NCBI GenBank assembly: GCA_965248355.1
Contig: OZ252098.1
Coordinates: forward strand, 4,480,001-4,544,000
Length of the DNA stretch: 64,000 nucleotides
Direction of reading: 5' to 3'
From: Candidatus Latescibacterota bacterium
Lineage (GTDB): Bacteria; Latescibacterota; UBA2968; UBA8231
The notes under the pieces: model-generated
The model's input: only the letters and a program-made list of their open reading frames with translations
What the model was told of the DNA's origin: nothing
Database searches by the model: none
Shown here: one piece after another, positions 1-9,497 of the stretch
Layout of the letters: every line of letters begins with the position of its first letter
Numbering within the stretch: position 1 is the stretch's first letter
Position numbers and translations under genes: made by a program

Positions 1-1
1 C

Positions 2-109
2 CAGCTCGGCGAGGCCGGCGTCGACGCCGTGCTGGTGGGCGAGTCCCTCATGCGGGCCGGGGACCCGGGCGCCGCCGTGCGCGACCTCCTCGGCGGCGAG
101 GAGAGCTGA
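2..109 (+). CDS. trpC: Indole-3-glycerol phosphate synthase, C-terminal fragment (runs off window start)
   Basis: Manual translation QLGEAGVDAVLVGESLMRAGDPGAAVRDLLGGEES*; DAVLVGESLMR is the TrpC C-terminal motif; directly upstream of trpS. Confidence 0.88.
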   Translation, partial: QLGEAGVDAVLVGESLMRAGDPGAAVRDLLGGEES

Positions 110-110
110 C

Positions 111-1094
111 GTGGCGCCGCGCGTGTTCTCCGGCATCCAGCCGTCGGGCGAGCCCCACCTGGGCAACTACATCGGCGCCATCCGCAACTGGGTGAGCGAC
201 CAGGAGCGCTACGACAACTTCTTCTGCATCGTCGACGAGCACGCCATCACCGTGCCCTTCGACCCGGCCGAGCTGCGGGCCAAGGTGCGGGAGCTGGTGG
301 GGGTGCTGGTGGCCTGCGGCATCGACCCGGAGCGCAGCGTCCTCTTCGTCCAGTCCCACGTGGCCGAGCACACGGAGCTGGCCTGGCTGCTGACCTGCAA
401 CACCCCCATGGGCTGGCTCGAGCGCATGACCCAGTTCAAGGACAAGGCCGGCAGCCGGCGCGAGCGGGTCGGCGCCGGTCTGTTCACCTACCCCGTGCTC
501 ATGGCGGCCGACATCCTCCTCTACCAGACCTCGGTGGTGCCCGTGGGCGACGACCAGAAGCAGCACGTGGAGCTGGCCCGCGACATCGCCGGCCGCTTCA
601 ACAATCTCTACGGCGAGGTCTTCACCCTGCCGGAGCCGCTGATCCGCGAGGTCGGCGCGCGCGTCATGGGGCTCGACGACCCCACGAAGAAGATGTCCAA
701 GTCGGTGGAGGGACAGCATCACGCCATCGGGCTGCTCCACGAGCCCGACCTGATCCGGCGCAGGATCGGCCGCGCCGTCACCGACTCGCTGCGGGAGATC
801 CGCTTCGACGAGGACCGCCCCGGCGTAAACAACCTGCTGACCATCCATCACGCCCTCTCAGGGCAGGACAAGGCCGGGATCGAGGCCCACTTCGAGGGCA
901 AGGGCTACGGCGACCTGAAGAAGGAGGTGGCCGACGTCGTGGTGGAGTCCCTGGCCCCGGTGCGGCGGCGCTACGCCGAGATCACCGCCGATCCGGCGAC
1001 CGTCGACGGGATCCTCGAGGCGGGGCGCGAGCGGGCGCGGCCGGTGGCCGAGGCCACCATGGAAGACGTGCGCCGGGCCATGGGACTGCGGTGA
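111..1094 (+). CDS. trpS: Tryptophan--tRNA ligase
   Basis: FSGIQPSGEPHLGNYIGA (HIGH-like), YPVLMAADIL, VPVGDDQKQH, KMSKS. Confidence 0.97.
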   Translation: MAPRVFSGIQPSGEPHLGNYIGAIRNWVSDQERYDNFFCIVDEHAITVPFDPAELRAKVRELVGVLVACGIDPERSVLFVQSHVAEHTELAWLLTCNTPMGWLERMTQFKDKAGSRRERVGAGLFTYPVLMAADILLYQTSVVPVGDDQKQHVELARDIAGRFNNLYGEVFTLPEPLIREVGARVMGLDDPTKKMSKSVEGQHHAIGLLHEPDLIRRRIGRAVTDSLREIRFDEDRPGVNNLLTIHHALSGQDKAGIEAHFEGKGYGDLKKEVADVVVESLAPVRRRYAEITADPATVDGILEAGRERARPVAEATMEDVRRAMGLR

Positions 1095-1098
1095 GCCC

Positions 1099-1383
1099 AT
1101 GGCCGACGGGAAGGACATCGATGACTGGCGGGCCCGCATCGACGAGGTGGACGAGAGGATCGTCGACCTGATCAACGAGAGACTGGGCTACGCCATCGAG
1201 ATCGGCCGGCTCAAGCGGGCCAGCGGCCGGCAGGTGCGCGACCGGGCCCGGGAGCGGGCCCTCATCGAGCGGCTCCAGGCCTTCAACCGGGGTCCCCTGA
1301 GCGAGGAGGCCATCGCCGACCTCTTCGCCCGAATCATGGCCGAGGCCCGCACCCTCGAAGGCGGGGGGGACGGGGCGCCGTGA
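1099..1383 (+). CDS. Chorismate mutase, AroQ/type II, monofunctional
   Basis: RARIDEVDERIVDLINER...IGRLK...VRDRARE pattern; operon context. Confidence 0.9.
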   Translation: MADGKDIDDWRARIDEVDERIVDLINERLGYAIEIGRLKRASGRQVRDRARERALIERLQAFNRGPLSEEAIADLFARIMAEARTLEGGGDGAP

Positions 1384-2501
1384 GCACCGCCAACCGGTCC
1401 TCCCGGTTCGGGCGAATCGGGATCGTCGGCGTCGGACTGATCGGCGGCTCCTTCGGCCTGGCCCTGCGGCGCACGGGATACGCCGGTTCGATCGTCGGCA
1501 TCAGCCGGCCCGAGACGGTGGAGAAGGCCGTCTCCCTCGGGGCCGTGGACGAGGGCTGGGACTACGAGGAAGTGGACCGGGGGCTGGCCGGGGCGGACCT
1601 CGTCTTCCTGTGCTCGCCCATCCGCCACATCATCGACTTCCTGCCGCGGGTCATGGCGGCGGTGCCGGCCGGGGCCCTGGTCACCGACGCGGGCAGCACC
1701 AAGCGCAGCATCGTAGACGCCGCTGCGGCCACGGGGCGGTTCGACGCCTGGTTCCTCGGCGGCCATCCCATGGCCGGCTCGGAGAAGTCGGGGGTGATGG
1801 CGGCCGATCCGTTCCTGTTCCAGAACGCGATCCACATCCTCGTGCCCGACGCCGCCGTGCCGGAAGATCTGCACCAGGGCTTGCGCGATCTGCTCCGCGG
1901 CCTCGGGGCCCGCGTCCTCGAGCTGTCGGCGGAGGACCACGACCTGGTGGTGGCCGCCATCAGCCACCTGCCCCAGCTGCTGGCCACCTCCCTCGTGGAG
2001 ATGGTGGGCCTTCTGGACGAGGAGCGGGAGGGCCTGCTCCTGACCCTGGCGGCCGGCGGGTTCCGCGACCTGACGAGAATCGCCTCCAGCCGCTTCGAGC
2101 CGGTCTGGAACGACATCTGTGCCACCAACCCGGACCGAATCCGCGAGATGGTCGACCGTTTCCAGGCGCGCCTGGCCCAGGTGCGCGACAAGGTGGGCGG
2201 CAGCGCTCTGGAGGCCGACTTCGAGTACGCCAACCGGATCCGCGACGGCATCCCGAGGGACGCCAAGGGGTTCATCCACCGGCTGGCGGAGGTGCTCGTG
2301 GTCTGCGAGGACCGGCCGGGGGTGATCGCCGAGATCGCCGCCGTCCTGGCGGCGGAGGACGTGAACATCAACGACATCGAGGTGATGAAGGTGCGCGAAG
2401 GAGAGGGGGGGACCCTGCGGCTGGGCTTCGATGGCGACGGGGTGGCCGACCACGCGGTGGAGGTGCTCGGGGCCGTGGGCTACCGGGCGCGGCGGCCCTG
2501 A
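1380..2501 (+). CDS. tyrA: Prephenate/arogenate dehydrogenase with C-terminal ACT domain
   Basis: GVGLIGGS Rossmann motif, DAGSTK, GGHPMAGSE, HD...ISHLPQ, GFRDLTRIA; ACT motif EDRPGVIAEI. Confidence 0.93.
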   Translation: MSTANRSSRFGRIGIVGVGLIGGSFGLALRRTGYAGSIVGISRPETVEKAVSLGAVDEGWDYEEVDRGLAGADLVFLCSPIRHIIDFLPRVMAAVPAGALVTDAGSTKRSIVDAAAATGRFDAWFLGGHPMAGSEKSGVMAADPFLFQNAIHILVPDAAVPEDLHQGLRDLLRGLGARVLELSAEDHDLVVAAISHLPQLLATSLVEMVGLLDEEREGLLLTLAAGGFRDLTRIASSRFEPVWNDICATNPDRIREMVDRFQARLAQVRDKVGGSALEADFEYANRIRDGIPRDAKGFIHRLAEVLVVCEDRPGVIAEIAAVLAAEDVNINDIEVMKVREGEGGTLRLGFDGDGVADHAVEVLGAVGYRARRP

Positions 2502-2504
2502 CCG

Positions 2505-3806
2505 ATGGTGCGGACCGTTTTCAGGGCCACTCGCCTCCGGGGCGAGGTCCGGGTGCCCGGCGAACGCGACCGGGCCATCCAGGCCCTGTGGATGGCGGCC
2601 GTGTCGGAGGGCCCCAGCCGGATCGGCGGCGTGCCCCCCGGGGCGGTGGGAACCGTGACCGCCCTGCGGCGGCTCGGCGTCGGGGTGAACGACGACAACG
2701 GAGGCGGTCTCCGCGTCGACGGCCGCGGTCCGGGAGGGCTCGAGCCCCCCGGGGACATCCTCGATCTGGAGGGCTCGGAGGAGGCGGTGCTGCCGGCTCT
2801 GGCGATCCTGGCCCGGCAGCCCTTTCCCAGCCGCGTGCGGGTCCCCGGGCCGGTGCGGGACCGGGCGGCTCAGCTCCTGCGGCTGCTGGCGCGCACCGGC
2901 TCCGTGGGCACGGAAGAGGCCGAGGGCGTCCTTCGCCTGGAGGGGGCCGCGGGCCCCGGCGGGGCCGACCACGAGGAGACGGACCTGCCGGCGCCGGTGA
3001 AGCTCGGCCTGCTGACGGCTGGCCTCTTCGCCGAGGCTCCCACCGTGGTGCGCGAGCCGGCCTCCTGCCGCGACCGCGTCGAGGCGCCGTGGAGGGAGCG
3101 CGGCGTTCCGGTGGAGAGCGGCCGCCGGGGCGATCCGCCGGCGCGCACCCTGACCCTGTCGCCGGGGTCGGCGCCGAAGGCCCTGGATGTGGATGTCCCC
3201 GGAGACCTGGCGGGGGCCTTGCCGGTGGTGGTCGCGGCCCTGGCCGTGCGCCGCTCGGAGGTCGCCGTGCGCCGGGTCATGGTGCGCCCGGGGAACCGCC
3301 TCTTCGTCGACCTGGTGCGCCAGATCGGCGGCGAGCTGGAGATCGTCGAGGCCGGGGACGGCAGCGTCGATCTGCTGGTCCGAGGCTCGGCGAAGCTCCA
3401 GGCGACGCGGGTGGCCGACCGCCGGGCCCGGAGGCTGCTGGAGCACGTGGCCCTGCTGGCGGTGCTGGCCACCCAGACCGAGGGCGAGTTCATCATCCGG
3501 GACATCGAGCCGCTGCGCCAGGGCGAGTACGACTTCGTCGACCACCTCGTGGACCAGTTGCGGCGGGTCGAGGCCAAGGTCGGCGAGTATCACGAGGGCC
3601 TGGTGATCGAGGGCGGCCGGCCGCTGAAGGGGGAGCGCATCGACGGCCGGGGTCACCCGGGTCTGGTGCAGGCCTTCGCCGTGGCCGGCCTCGTCGCCCA
3701 CGGCCAGATGGAGATCGCCGGCGCGGACTGCGTCGAAGCCTCCTTCCCGGGGTTCTTCGATCTCCTCGACGCGTTGCAGGCCCCCAGGGCCAGGGAGAAT
3801 GCGTGA
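2505..3806 (+). CDS. aroA: EPSP synthase (AroA)-fold protein with degenerate active site
   Basis: Collinear with class II AroA (LRGEVRVPG, VREP..CRD, DVPGD, LATQTEG, SFPGFF) but the KS..HR, NSGTT.R, SAQ.K, DE.P, KE.DR and DHR motifs are substituted. Confidence 0.85.
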   Translation: MVRTVFRATRLRGEVRVPGERDRAIQALWMAAVSEGPSRIGGVPPGAVGTVTALRRLGVGVNDDNGGGLRVDGRGPGGLEPPGDILDLEGSEEAVLPALAILARQPFPSRVRVPGPVRDRAAQLLRLLARTGSVGTEEAEGVLRLEGAAGPGGADHEETDLPAPVKLGLLTAGLFAEAPTVVREPASCRDRVEAPWRERGVPVESGRRGDPPARTLTLSPGSAPKALDVDVPGDLAGALPVVVAALAVRRSEVAVRRVMVRPGNRLFVDLVRQIGGELEIVEAGDGSVDLLVRGSAKLQATRVADRRARRLLEHVALLAVLATQTEGEFIIRDIEPLRQGEYDFVDHLVDQLRRVEAKVGEYHEGLVIEGGRPLKGERIDGRGHPGLVQAFAVAGLVAHGQMEIAGADCVEASFPGFFDLLDALQAPRARENA

Positions 3807-3946
3807 TGAGAATTCTGTTGCGGCTGCTGGTGCTGGCCGCCGTGGTCTTCGGCGGCGGCGTGCTGCTGATCAAGGTGCTCTACGGGGCGAGCTGGGGCGA
3901 GTCTCTCGAGATCGCCGACCAGTTCCTGGAGGACGTCCTCGGGTGA
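3806..3946 (+). CDS. Small single-pass membrane protein (46 aa)
   Basis: MRILLRLLVLAAVVFGGGVLLIKVLYGASWGESLEIADQFLEDVLG; TGATG overlap with aroA-like stop and GTGA overlap with aroE start. Confidence 0.7.
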   Translation: MRILLRLLVLAAVVFGGGVLLIKVLYGASWGESLEIADQFLEDVLG

Positions 3947-4776
3947 TCACCGGCCGGACCGGGGTCCTCGGCGTCATCGGCCATCCGGTGACGCACTCGG
4001 GGTCCCCGGCGATGCACAACGCGGCCCTGGCGGCCACGGGTCTGGACTACGTGTACGTCGCCTTCCCGGTGCCGCCGGAGAGCGCCGCCCACGTGGGCGG
4101 CGCCATGCGCCACTTCGGCATCCGCGGCCTCAACGTCACCGTGCCCCACAAGCAGGCGGTCCTGTCCTGCCTCGACGAGGTGGCCCCGGAGGCGCGGGCC
4201 ATCGGCGCCGTGAACACCATCGACCACCGCGGCGGCCGCCTGGTGGGGCACAACACCGACGCCCACGGCGTGCTCGCCAGCCTGCGCGAGGGAGGGTTGG
4301 AGCGGCTGCCGCCGAAGGTCGCCCTTCTGGGCGCCGGCGGCGCGGCCCAGGCCGTCCTCTACGCCCTGCTCTCCCGCGGCGAGGTGGAGGAGGTGTCGCT
4401 GCTCAACCGCACCCCCTCCCGGGCCGAGAGCCTGGCCGAGTCCCTGGACGGCGGCGGCCGGGTGCGGGTGGCGCCCCTGAAGGAGAGCGCCTGCGTGCGC
4501 GAGGCGGGGCTGGTCATCAACGCCACCTCCATCGGCATGGAGCCCGCGGCCGGCGTCTCGCCGCTGGGCGACGGCCGCGTCCTGCACGACGGCATGGTGG
4601 TGCTCGACATCGTCTACAAGCCGCTGCGCACGCGCCTTCTGGAGCAGGCCCAGGCCGCCGGCGCCCGCGCTCTGGACGGGTTGGGGATGCTGGTGCACCA
4701 GGGCGCCCGGTCCTTCGAGATCTGGACCGGGGTGCGGCCGCCGGTGGACGTCATGCGGCGGGCCCTCGAGGCGTGA
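3943..4776 (+). CDS. aroE: Shikimate dehydrogenase
   Basis: GHPVTHSGSPAMHN, GLNVTVPHKQ, GAVNT, GHNTD, GAGGAA, NATSIGM, GLGMLVHQG; GTG start at 3943 inferred from overlap. Confidence 0.95.
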   Translation: MITGRTGVLGVIGHPVTHSGSPAMHNAALAATGLDYVYVAFPVPPESAAHVGGAMRHFGIRGLNVTVPHKQAVLSCLDEVAPEARAIGAVNTIDHRGGRLVGHNTDAHGVLASLREGGLERLPPKVALLGAGGAAQAVLYALLSRGEVEEVSLLNRTPSRAESLAESLDGGGRVRVAPLKESACVREAGLVINATSIGMEPAAGVSPLGDGRVLHDGMVVLDIVYKPLRTRLLEQAQAAGARALDGLGMLVHQGARSFEIWTGVRPPVDVMRRALEA

Positions 4777-6497
4777 CGGAGGAGGCGCGGGTGAATCCAT
4801 TCGTGGAGGAGATCGTCGAGAGGACGGCCGCCGCCGGCCTGGACCCGTCCATCGTGCGCGGGCTGCTCGCCGTCCCGCCGGAGGAGAGCATGGGCGACTA
4901 CGCCCTGCCCTGCTTTACCCTGGCCAGGGAACTGCGCCGGAACCCGGCCCAGATCGCCGCCGACGTGGCCGAACGCATCCTCCCCGGGATCGGCCCCGGG
5001 GGCCGCATCGCCGCCGTCGCCGCCGCCGGGCCGTACGTCAACTTCACCCTCGACCGGCCCGCCTTCATCGGCCACACCCTCGACGAGATCGCCGCCCTCG
5101 GCCCGACCTACGGCTCCCGCGGACAGGGCGCCGGCCGGAGCCTGGCCCTCGACTTCTCCTCGCCGAACCTGGCCCGTCCGTTCTCCATCGCCCACCTGCG
5201 CTCCACCGCCATCGGCCACGCCATCTACCGCATCCACGAGTTCCTGGGCTGGCGCTGCGTCGGCATCAACTACTACGGCGACTACGGCGCCAACTTCGGC
5301 CAGCTCCTGGCGGCGTACGCCGCCTGGGGGGACGAGGAGCGCATCCGCGCCGATCCGATCCGGGAGCTGGTGGGCCTCTACGTGCGCTTCCACCGGGAGG
5401 CCGAGGCCGACCCGGGGCTGAGGGACCGGGCCCGGGACTGCCTGCGGGCCCTGGCCTCCGGCGACGAGGAGATGGTCCGGCTCTGGCGGTGGTTCTCCGA
5501 CGAGGGCCGCAAGGAGGCGGAGCGTATCTACGGCATCCTGGGCGTGCGCTTCGACGAGGTCCTGGGGGAGAGCCACTTCGCCGGCCAGCTCGACGAGGTG
5601 GCCGCCTTCTTCGAGGAACGGGGACTGGCGGAGGAGAGCGAGGGCGCCCTCATCGTGCCCCTCGAGGACCAGGCGGCGCCGCTCATGCTGCGCACCTCCA
5701 ACGGCACCAGCACCTACCACAGCCGGGACGTGGCGGCCCTGCTCTACCGGCAGCGCCAGCACGCCTTCGACAAGATGGTCTACGTCACCGACATGCGGCA
5801 GCGCCTGCACTTCGAGCAGCTCTTCGGCGCCCTGCGCCGGGCCGGCGTCGACTGGATCGACCGCTGCCAGCACGCGCCCTTCGGGCTCATGTCCTTCCGC
5901 GGCCGGGCCCTGGCCACGCGCAAGGGCGAGGTGATCATTCTCGAGGACGTCCTCGACCGGGCCATCGCCCTCACCGAGGGCATCATCGCCGAGAAGAACC
6001 CGGGTCTGGCCGGCGCCGCGGAGGTGGCGCGGCAGGTGGGGATCAGCGCCGTGGTCTTCGCCGACGTCAACAACCGCCGCACCCGGGACATCCACTTCTC
6101 CCTCGAGGAGGTCCTCAACTTCGACGGCGAGACCGGGCCGTACGTGCAGTACACCCACGCCCGCTACTGCAGCATCCTGCGGCGCCACGGCCGGCCCGTG
6201 GACCCGGCCGCCGACACCTCCCGCCTGGGGGAGGCGGGGGAGATGCGGCTGGCGCGCAAGCTCGCCGAGTTTCCCGATGTCGTCGACTCGGCGGCGGCGG
6301 AGAACGAGCCGTCGTACGCGGCCGGCTACCTGCTCGAGCTGGCCGCGGCGGCCAACAAGCTCTACAACGAGGTGCCCGTTCTGGTGGGCGGCGACGAGGG
6401 CCTGACGGCGGCGCGCGTGCGCCTCGCCGACGGGGCCCGCGGGGTGCTGCGCACGGGGCTCGACCTGCTGGGCATGAGCGCCCCCGAGGAGATGTAG
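4773..6497 (+). CDS. argS: Arginine--tRNA ligase
   Basis: GDYALPCF, GPYVNF, DFSSPN..HLRST.IG, GDYG, GETGPYVQYTHAR, C-terminal PEEM. Confidence 0.95.
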   Translation: MTEEARVNPFVEEIVERTAAAGLDPSIVRGLLAVPPEESMGDYALPCFTLARELRRNPAQIAADVAERILPGIGPGGRIAAVAAAGPYVNFTLDRPAFIGHTLDEIAALGPTYGSRGQGAGRSLALDFSSPNLARPFSIAHLRSTAIGHAIYRIHEFLGWRCVGINYYGDYGANFGQLLAAYAAWGDEERIRADPIRELVGLYVRFHREAEADPGLRDRARDCLRALASGDEEMVRLWRWFSDEGRKEAERIYGILGVRFDEVLGESHFAGQLDEVAAFFEERGLAEESEGALIVPLEDQAAPLMLRTSNGTSTYHSRDVAALLYRQRQHAFDKMVYVTDMRQRLHFEQLFGALRRAGVDWIDRCQHAPFGLMSFRGRALATRKGEVIILEDVLDRAIALTEGIIAEKNPGLAGAAEVARQVGISAVVFADVNNRRTRDIHFSLEEVLNFDGETGPYVQYTHARYCSILRRHGRPVDPAADTSRLGEAGEMRLARKLAEFPDVVDSAAAENEPSYAAGYLLELAAAANKLYNEVPVLVGGDEGLTAARVRLADGARGVLRTGLDLLGMSAPEEM

Positions 6498-6499
6498 CC

Positions 6500-7036
6500 G
6501 TGGGCCGGCCGGCGCCGATCTTCCTCACCGGGTTCATGGCCACGGGCAAGAGCCGCATCGGCCGCCTGCTGGCGGCCCGTCTCGACCGCCCCTTCTACGA
6601 CACCGACGAGATGGTGGAGCGGCGGGCCGGGAGGACGGTCTCCGAGATCTTCTCCGCCTGCGGCGAGGAGGGCTTCCGCGAGCTGGAGTCGGCCTGCGTC
6701 CTCGAGGCCGCCCGCCAGGCCGGGGCCGTCGTCGCCCTCGGCGGGGGGGCCATCACGCGAACAGAGAACCGGGAGGCGATCCGCGCCGCCGGCGCCGTCC
6801 TGGTCTGCGTCGAGGCCGACGTGGAGGCCATTGTCCGGCGCCTCTCCCGGCGCGAGGACCGGCCCCTGCTGGCCGGCCTGACGCCCCATCAGCGGCGCCG
6901 CAAGGTGGAGGAGATGCTGGCCGAGCGGGCTCCCTATTACGCCGCCGCCCACATCACCGTTCGCACCTCGGAGGAGACCTCGGCCGAGGAGATGGCGGGC
7001 GGCCTGGCCGAGCGGCTCGGGGAGGGCCGCCCATGA
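6500..7036 (+). CDS. aroK: Shikimate kinase
   Basis: IFLTGFMATGKSRIG P-loop, DTD, GEEGFRELE, ALGGG, RPLL, ERAPYY. Confidence 0.94.
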   Translation: MGRPAPIFLTGFMATGKSRIGRLLAARLDRPFYDTDEMVERRAGRTVSEIFSACGEEGFRELESACVLEAARQAGAVVALGGGAITRTENREAIRAAGAVLVCVEADVEAIVRRLSRREDRPLLAGLTPHQRRRKVEEMLAERAPYYAAAHITVRTSEETSAEEMAGGLAERLGEGRP

Positions 7037-8136
7037 AGGAGATCACCGTCCGGCTGCCCGGGGGGAGGGACTACGACATCGTCGTCGGTCACGGCTCCCT
7101 CGAGGCCCTCGGGGAGCGCTGCCGGAGCCTGAATCTCGGCGGATCCTGCGCCCTCATCGGCGACGCGGCCCTGGCGGACACCTTTGTGGAGCAGGCCCGC
7201 CGCAGCCTGTGCGGCGCCGGCTTCGAGGTCCTGGTGCTCGGCTACGCCGCCGGCGAGGCGGGCAAGAACCTGGCCTCGGTGGAGGAGCTGGCGGGCGGCA
7301 TGTCCGGCGCCGGCCTCGACCGCGGCGCCTGGGTGGCCGCCGTGGGCGGGGGCGTCGTGGGCGACCTGGCCGGCTTCGTGGCCGCCAGCTACCTGCGCGG
7401 CGTCGACGTGGTCCAGGTGCCGACGACCATCGTCTCCCAGGTCGACGCCAGCATCGGCGGCAAGACGGCCGTCAACCTCCCCTCCGGCAAGAACCTGGTG
7501 GGCGCCTTCCACCAGCCGCGGCTGGTCCTGGCCGACACCGGGACCCTGCGCACCCTGCCCCGGGCGGAGGTCGTGGCCGGCCTGGCGGAGGTCGTCAAGC
7601 ACGGCGTCATCCGCGACGAGGAGCTCTTCGCCCTTCTCGAGCGGCGCCTGGAGGAGGTCGTGGAGATGCGCGTCGGCGCCGCGGAGCTGGACGCCCTGAT
7701 CGCCCGCAACGCGCGGATCAAGGGCGAGGTGGTCGCCGCCGACGAGCGCGAGGGCGGCCTGCGGGCCATCCTCAACTACGGACACACCCTGGGCCACGCC
7801 ATCGAGTCGGCCAGCGGCTACCGTTTCCGCCACGGCGAGGCCGTCCTGCTCGGCATGGCCGCCGCCTCCGAGATCGCGGCGCGCCTCGGGCTGTGGGAGA
7901 GCGCCGGGGCGCGCGCCCGCCACGACGCCCTCGTGGAGCGGCTGGGCGTGCCCTCCGGAGTCGGCGGGATCGACGCAGGCCGTATCTTTGAACGCACCCG
8001 GTCCGACAAGAAGCGGGCCGCCGGCCGCAATCGCTTCGTCCTGGCCCGCGGCATCGGCCGCGTGGAGGTCGTGGACGGCGTCGACGACGCCGTCGTCCGC
8101 GAAGCCGTATCCTCTCTACAGCACAGGTACCCATGA
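7033..8136 (+). CDS. aroB: 3-dehydroquinate synthase
   Basis: GGGVVGDLAGFVAASYLRG, VPTT, DASIGGKT, GKNLVGAFHQP, LNYGHTLGHAIE, HGEAV. Confidence 0.97.
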   Translation: MKEITVRLPGGRDYDIVVGHGSLEALGERCRSLNLGGSCALIGDAALADTFVEQARRSLCGAGFEVLVLGYAAGEAGKNLASVEELAGGMSGAGLDRGAWVAAVGGGVVGDLAGFVAASYLRGVDVVQVPTTIVSQVDASIGGKTAVNLPSGKNLVGAFHQPRLVLADTGTLRTLPRAEVVAGLAEVVKHGVIRDEELFALLERRLEEVVEMRVGAAELDALIARNARIKGEVVAADEREGGLRAILNYGHTLGHAIESASGYRFRHGEAVLLGMAAASEIAARLGLWESAGARARHDALVERLGVPSGVGGIDAGRIFERTRSDKKRAAGRNRFVLARGIGRVEVVDGVDDAVVREAVSSLQHRYP

Positions 8137-9497
8137 GCGACCCCCGCGTCCACCTGATCAGCCTCGGCTGCCCCAAGAACACGGTCGACTCCGAGCGCAT
8201 GCTCGGCCTGCTGCGCGGCAACGACTACGCCCTCACCGGCGATCCGCGGGAAGCGGACGTGGTCATCGTCAATACCTGCGGTTTCATCGAGCCGGCCAAG
8301 GAGGAGTCCATCGACACGATCCTGGCCGCCGCCCGGCTCAAGGACTCCGGCCGCTGCAAGGGCGTCGTGGTCACCGGCTGCCTGTCGACCCGGTACGAGG
8401 AGGAGCTGAAGACGGAGCTGGCCGAGGCCGACGTGGTCCTCACCCTGCGCGAGGAGCGGGACATCGTGCGCCACGTGGACCGCCTCCTCGGCAAGGGCCG
8501 CGGCCACTATGTCGATCGCCTGCCGCGCACGAGCCTGACGCCGCGCCACTGGGCCTACCTGCGCATCTCCGACGGCTGCGATCACCAATGCGCGTTCTGC
8601 GCCATCCCCGCCATCCGGGGCCGCCACGTGAGCGAGCCCGTGGAGGTCCTGGTGGCCGAGGCCGAGCGTCTGGCGGCGGCGGGCGTGCGCGAGCTGGTCC
8701 TGGTGGCGCAGGACTCGGTGCGCTACGGCGCCGATCTCTACGGCCGGCCGCAACTGGTGCCGCTGCTGGAGAAGCTGGCCGAGGTGGAAGGGATCGAGTG
8801 GCTGCGGCTGATGTACACCTACCCGGCCTTCTGGACCAAGGAGATGCTCGACTTCTACGGCGGCCACCCGAAGATGTGCCGCTACGTCGACATGCCCCTG
8901 CAGCACATCGCCGACCCCGTGCTGCGGCGCATGAAGCGGGCCACGACGCGCCGCAAGACCCTCGACCTGCTGGACCGCCTGCGCCGGCGCCTGCCCGGCG
9001 TCGGCCTGCGCTCCTCCTTCATCGTCGGCTTTCCCGGCGAGACGGAGGCGCAGTTCGAGGAGCTGCTGGCCTTCATCGAGACGACCCGCTTCGACAACGC
9101 CACCGGCTTCCTCTACTCCGACGAGGAGGGCACCCCCGCCTTCGAGCTGGACGGCAAGCTTCCCGCGCACGTGGCGGCCGAGCGCTACCGCCGCCTGAGC
9201 CAGCTCCAGGAGCGCATCTCGGCGGCGATCAACCACGACATGGTCGGCTCGCGGCGGACCGTGCTGATCGACGCGGTCTCGGAGGGGCGGATCACCGGCC
9301 GTCTCGAGCGCGACGCCCCGGAGATCGACGGGCAGGTCGTCCTCGAGGCGCCCCCGGAGGCGGGGCTGACCCACATCGAGGGCGCGGCGCCGGCCGCCCC
9401 GGCCGCGGACGGATGGGCCGGCCGGTTCGCCGAGGTGGAGATCACCGGCGCCCACGCCTACGAGCTGGAGGCGCGGCTGGCGGGAGAGGTCTGGTGA
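8133..9497 (+). CDS. rimO: Ribosomal protein S12 methylthiotransferase (radical SAM)
   Basis: SLGCPKNTVDSE, NTCGFIE, CDHQCAFC (CxxxCxxC), IVGFPGET, APEIDG. Confidence 0.95.
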   Translation: MSDPRVHLISLGCPKNTVDSERMLGLLRGNDYALTGDPREADVVIVNTCGFIEPAKEESIDTILAAARLKDSGRCKGVVVTGCLSTRYEEELKTELAEADVVLTLREERDIVRHVDRLLGKGRGHYVDRLPRTSLTPRHWAYLRISDGCDHQCAFCAIPAIRGRHVSEPVEVLVAEAERLAAAGVRELVLVAQDSVRYGADLYGRPQLVPLLEKLAEVEGIEWLRLMYTYPAFWTKEMLDFYGGHPKMCRYVDMPLQHIADPVLRRMKRATTRRKTLDLLDRLRRRLPGVGLRSSFIVGFPGETEAQFEELLAFIETTRFDNATGFLYSDEEGTPAFELDGKLPAHVAAERYRRLSQLQERISAAINHDMVGSRRTVLIDAVSEGRITGRLERDAPEIDGQVVLEAPPEAGLTHIEGAAPAAPAADGWAGRFAEVEITGAHAYELEARLAGEVW

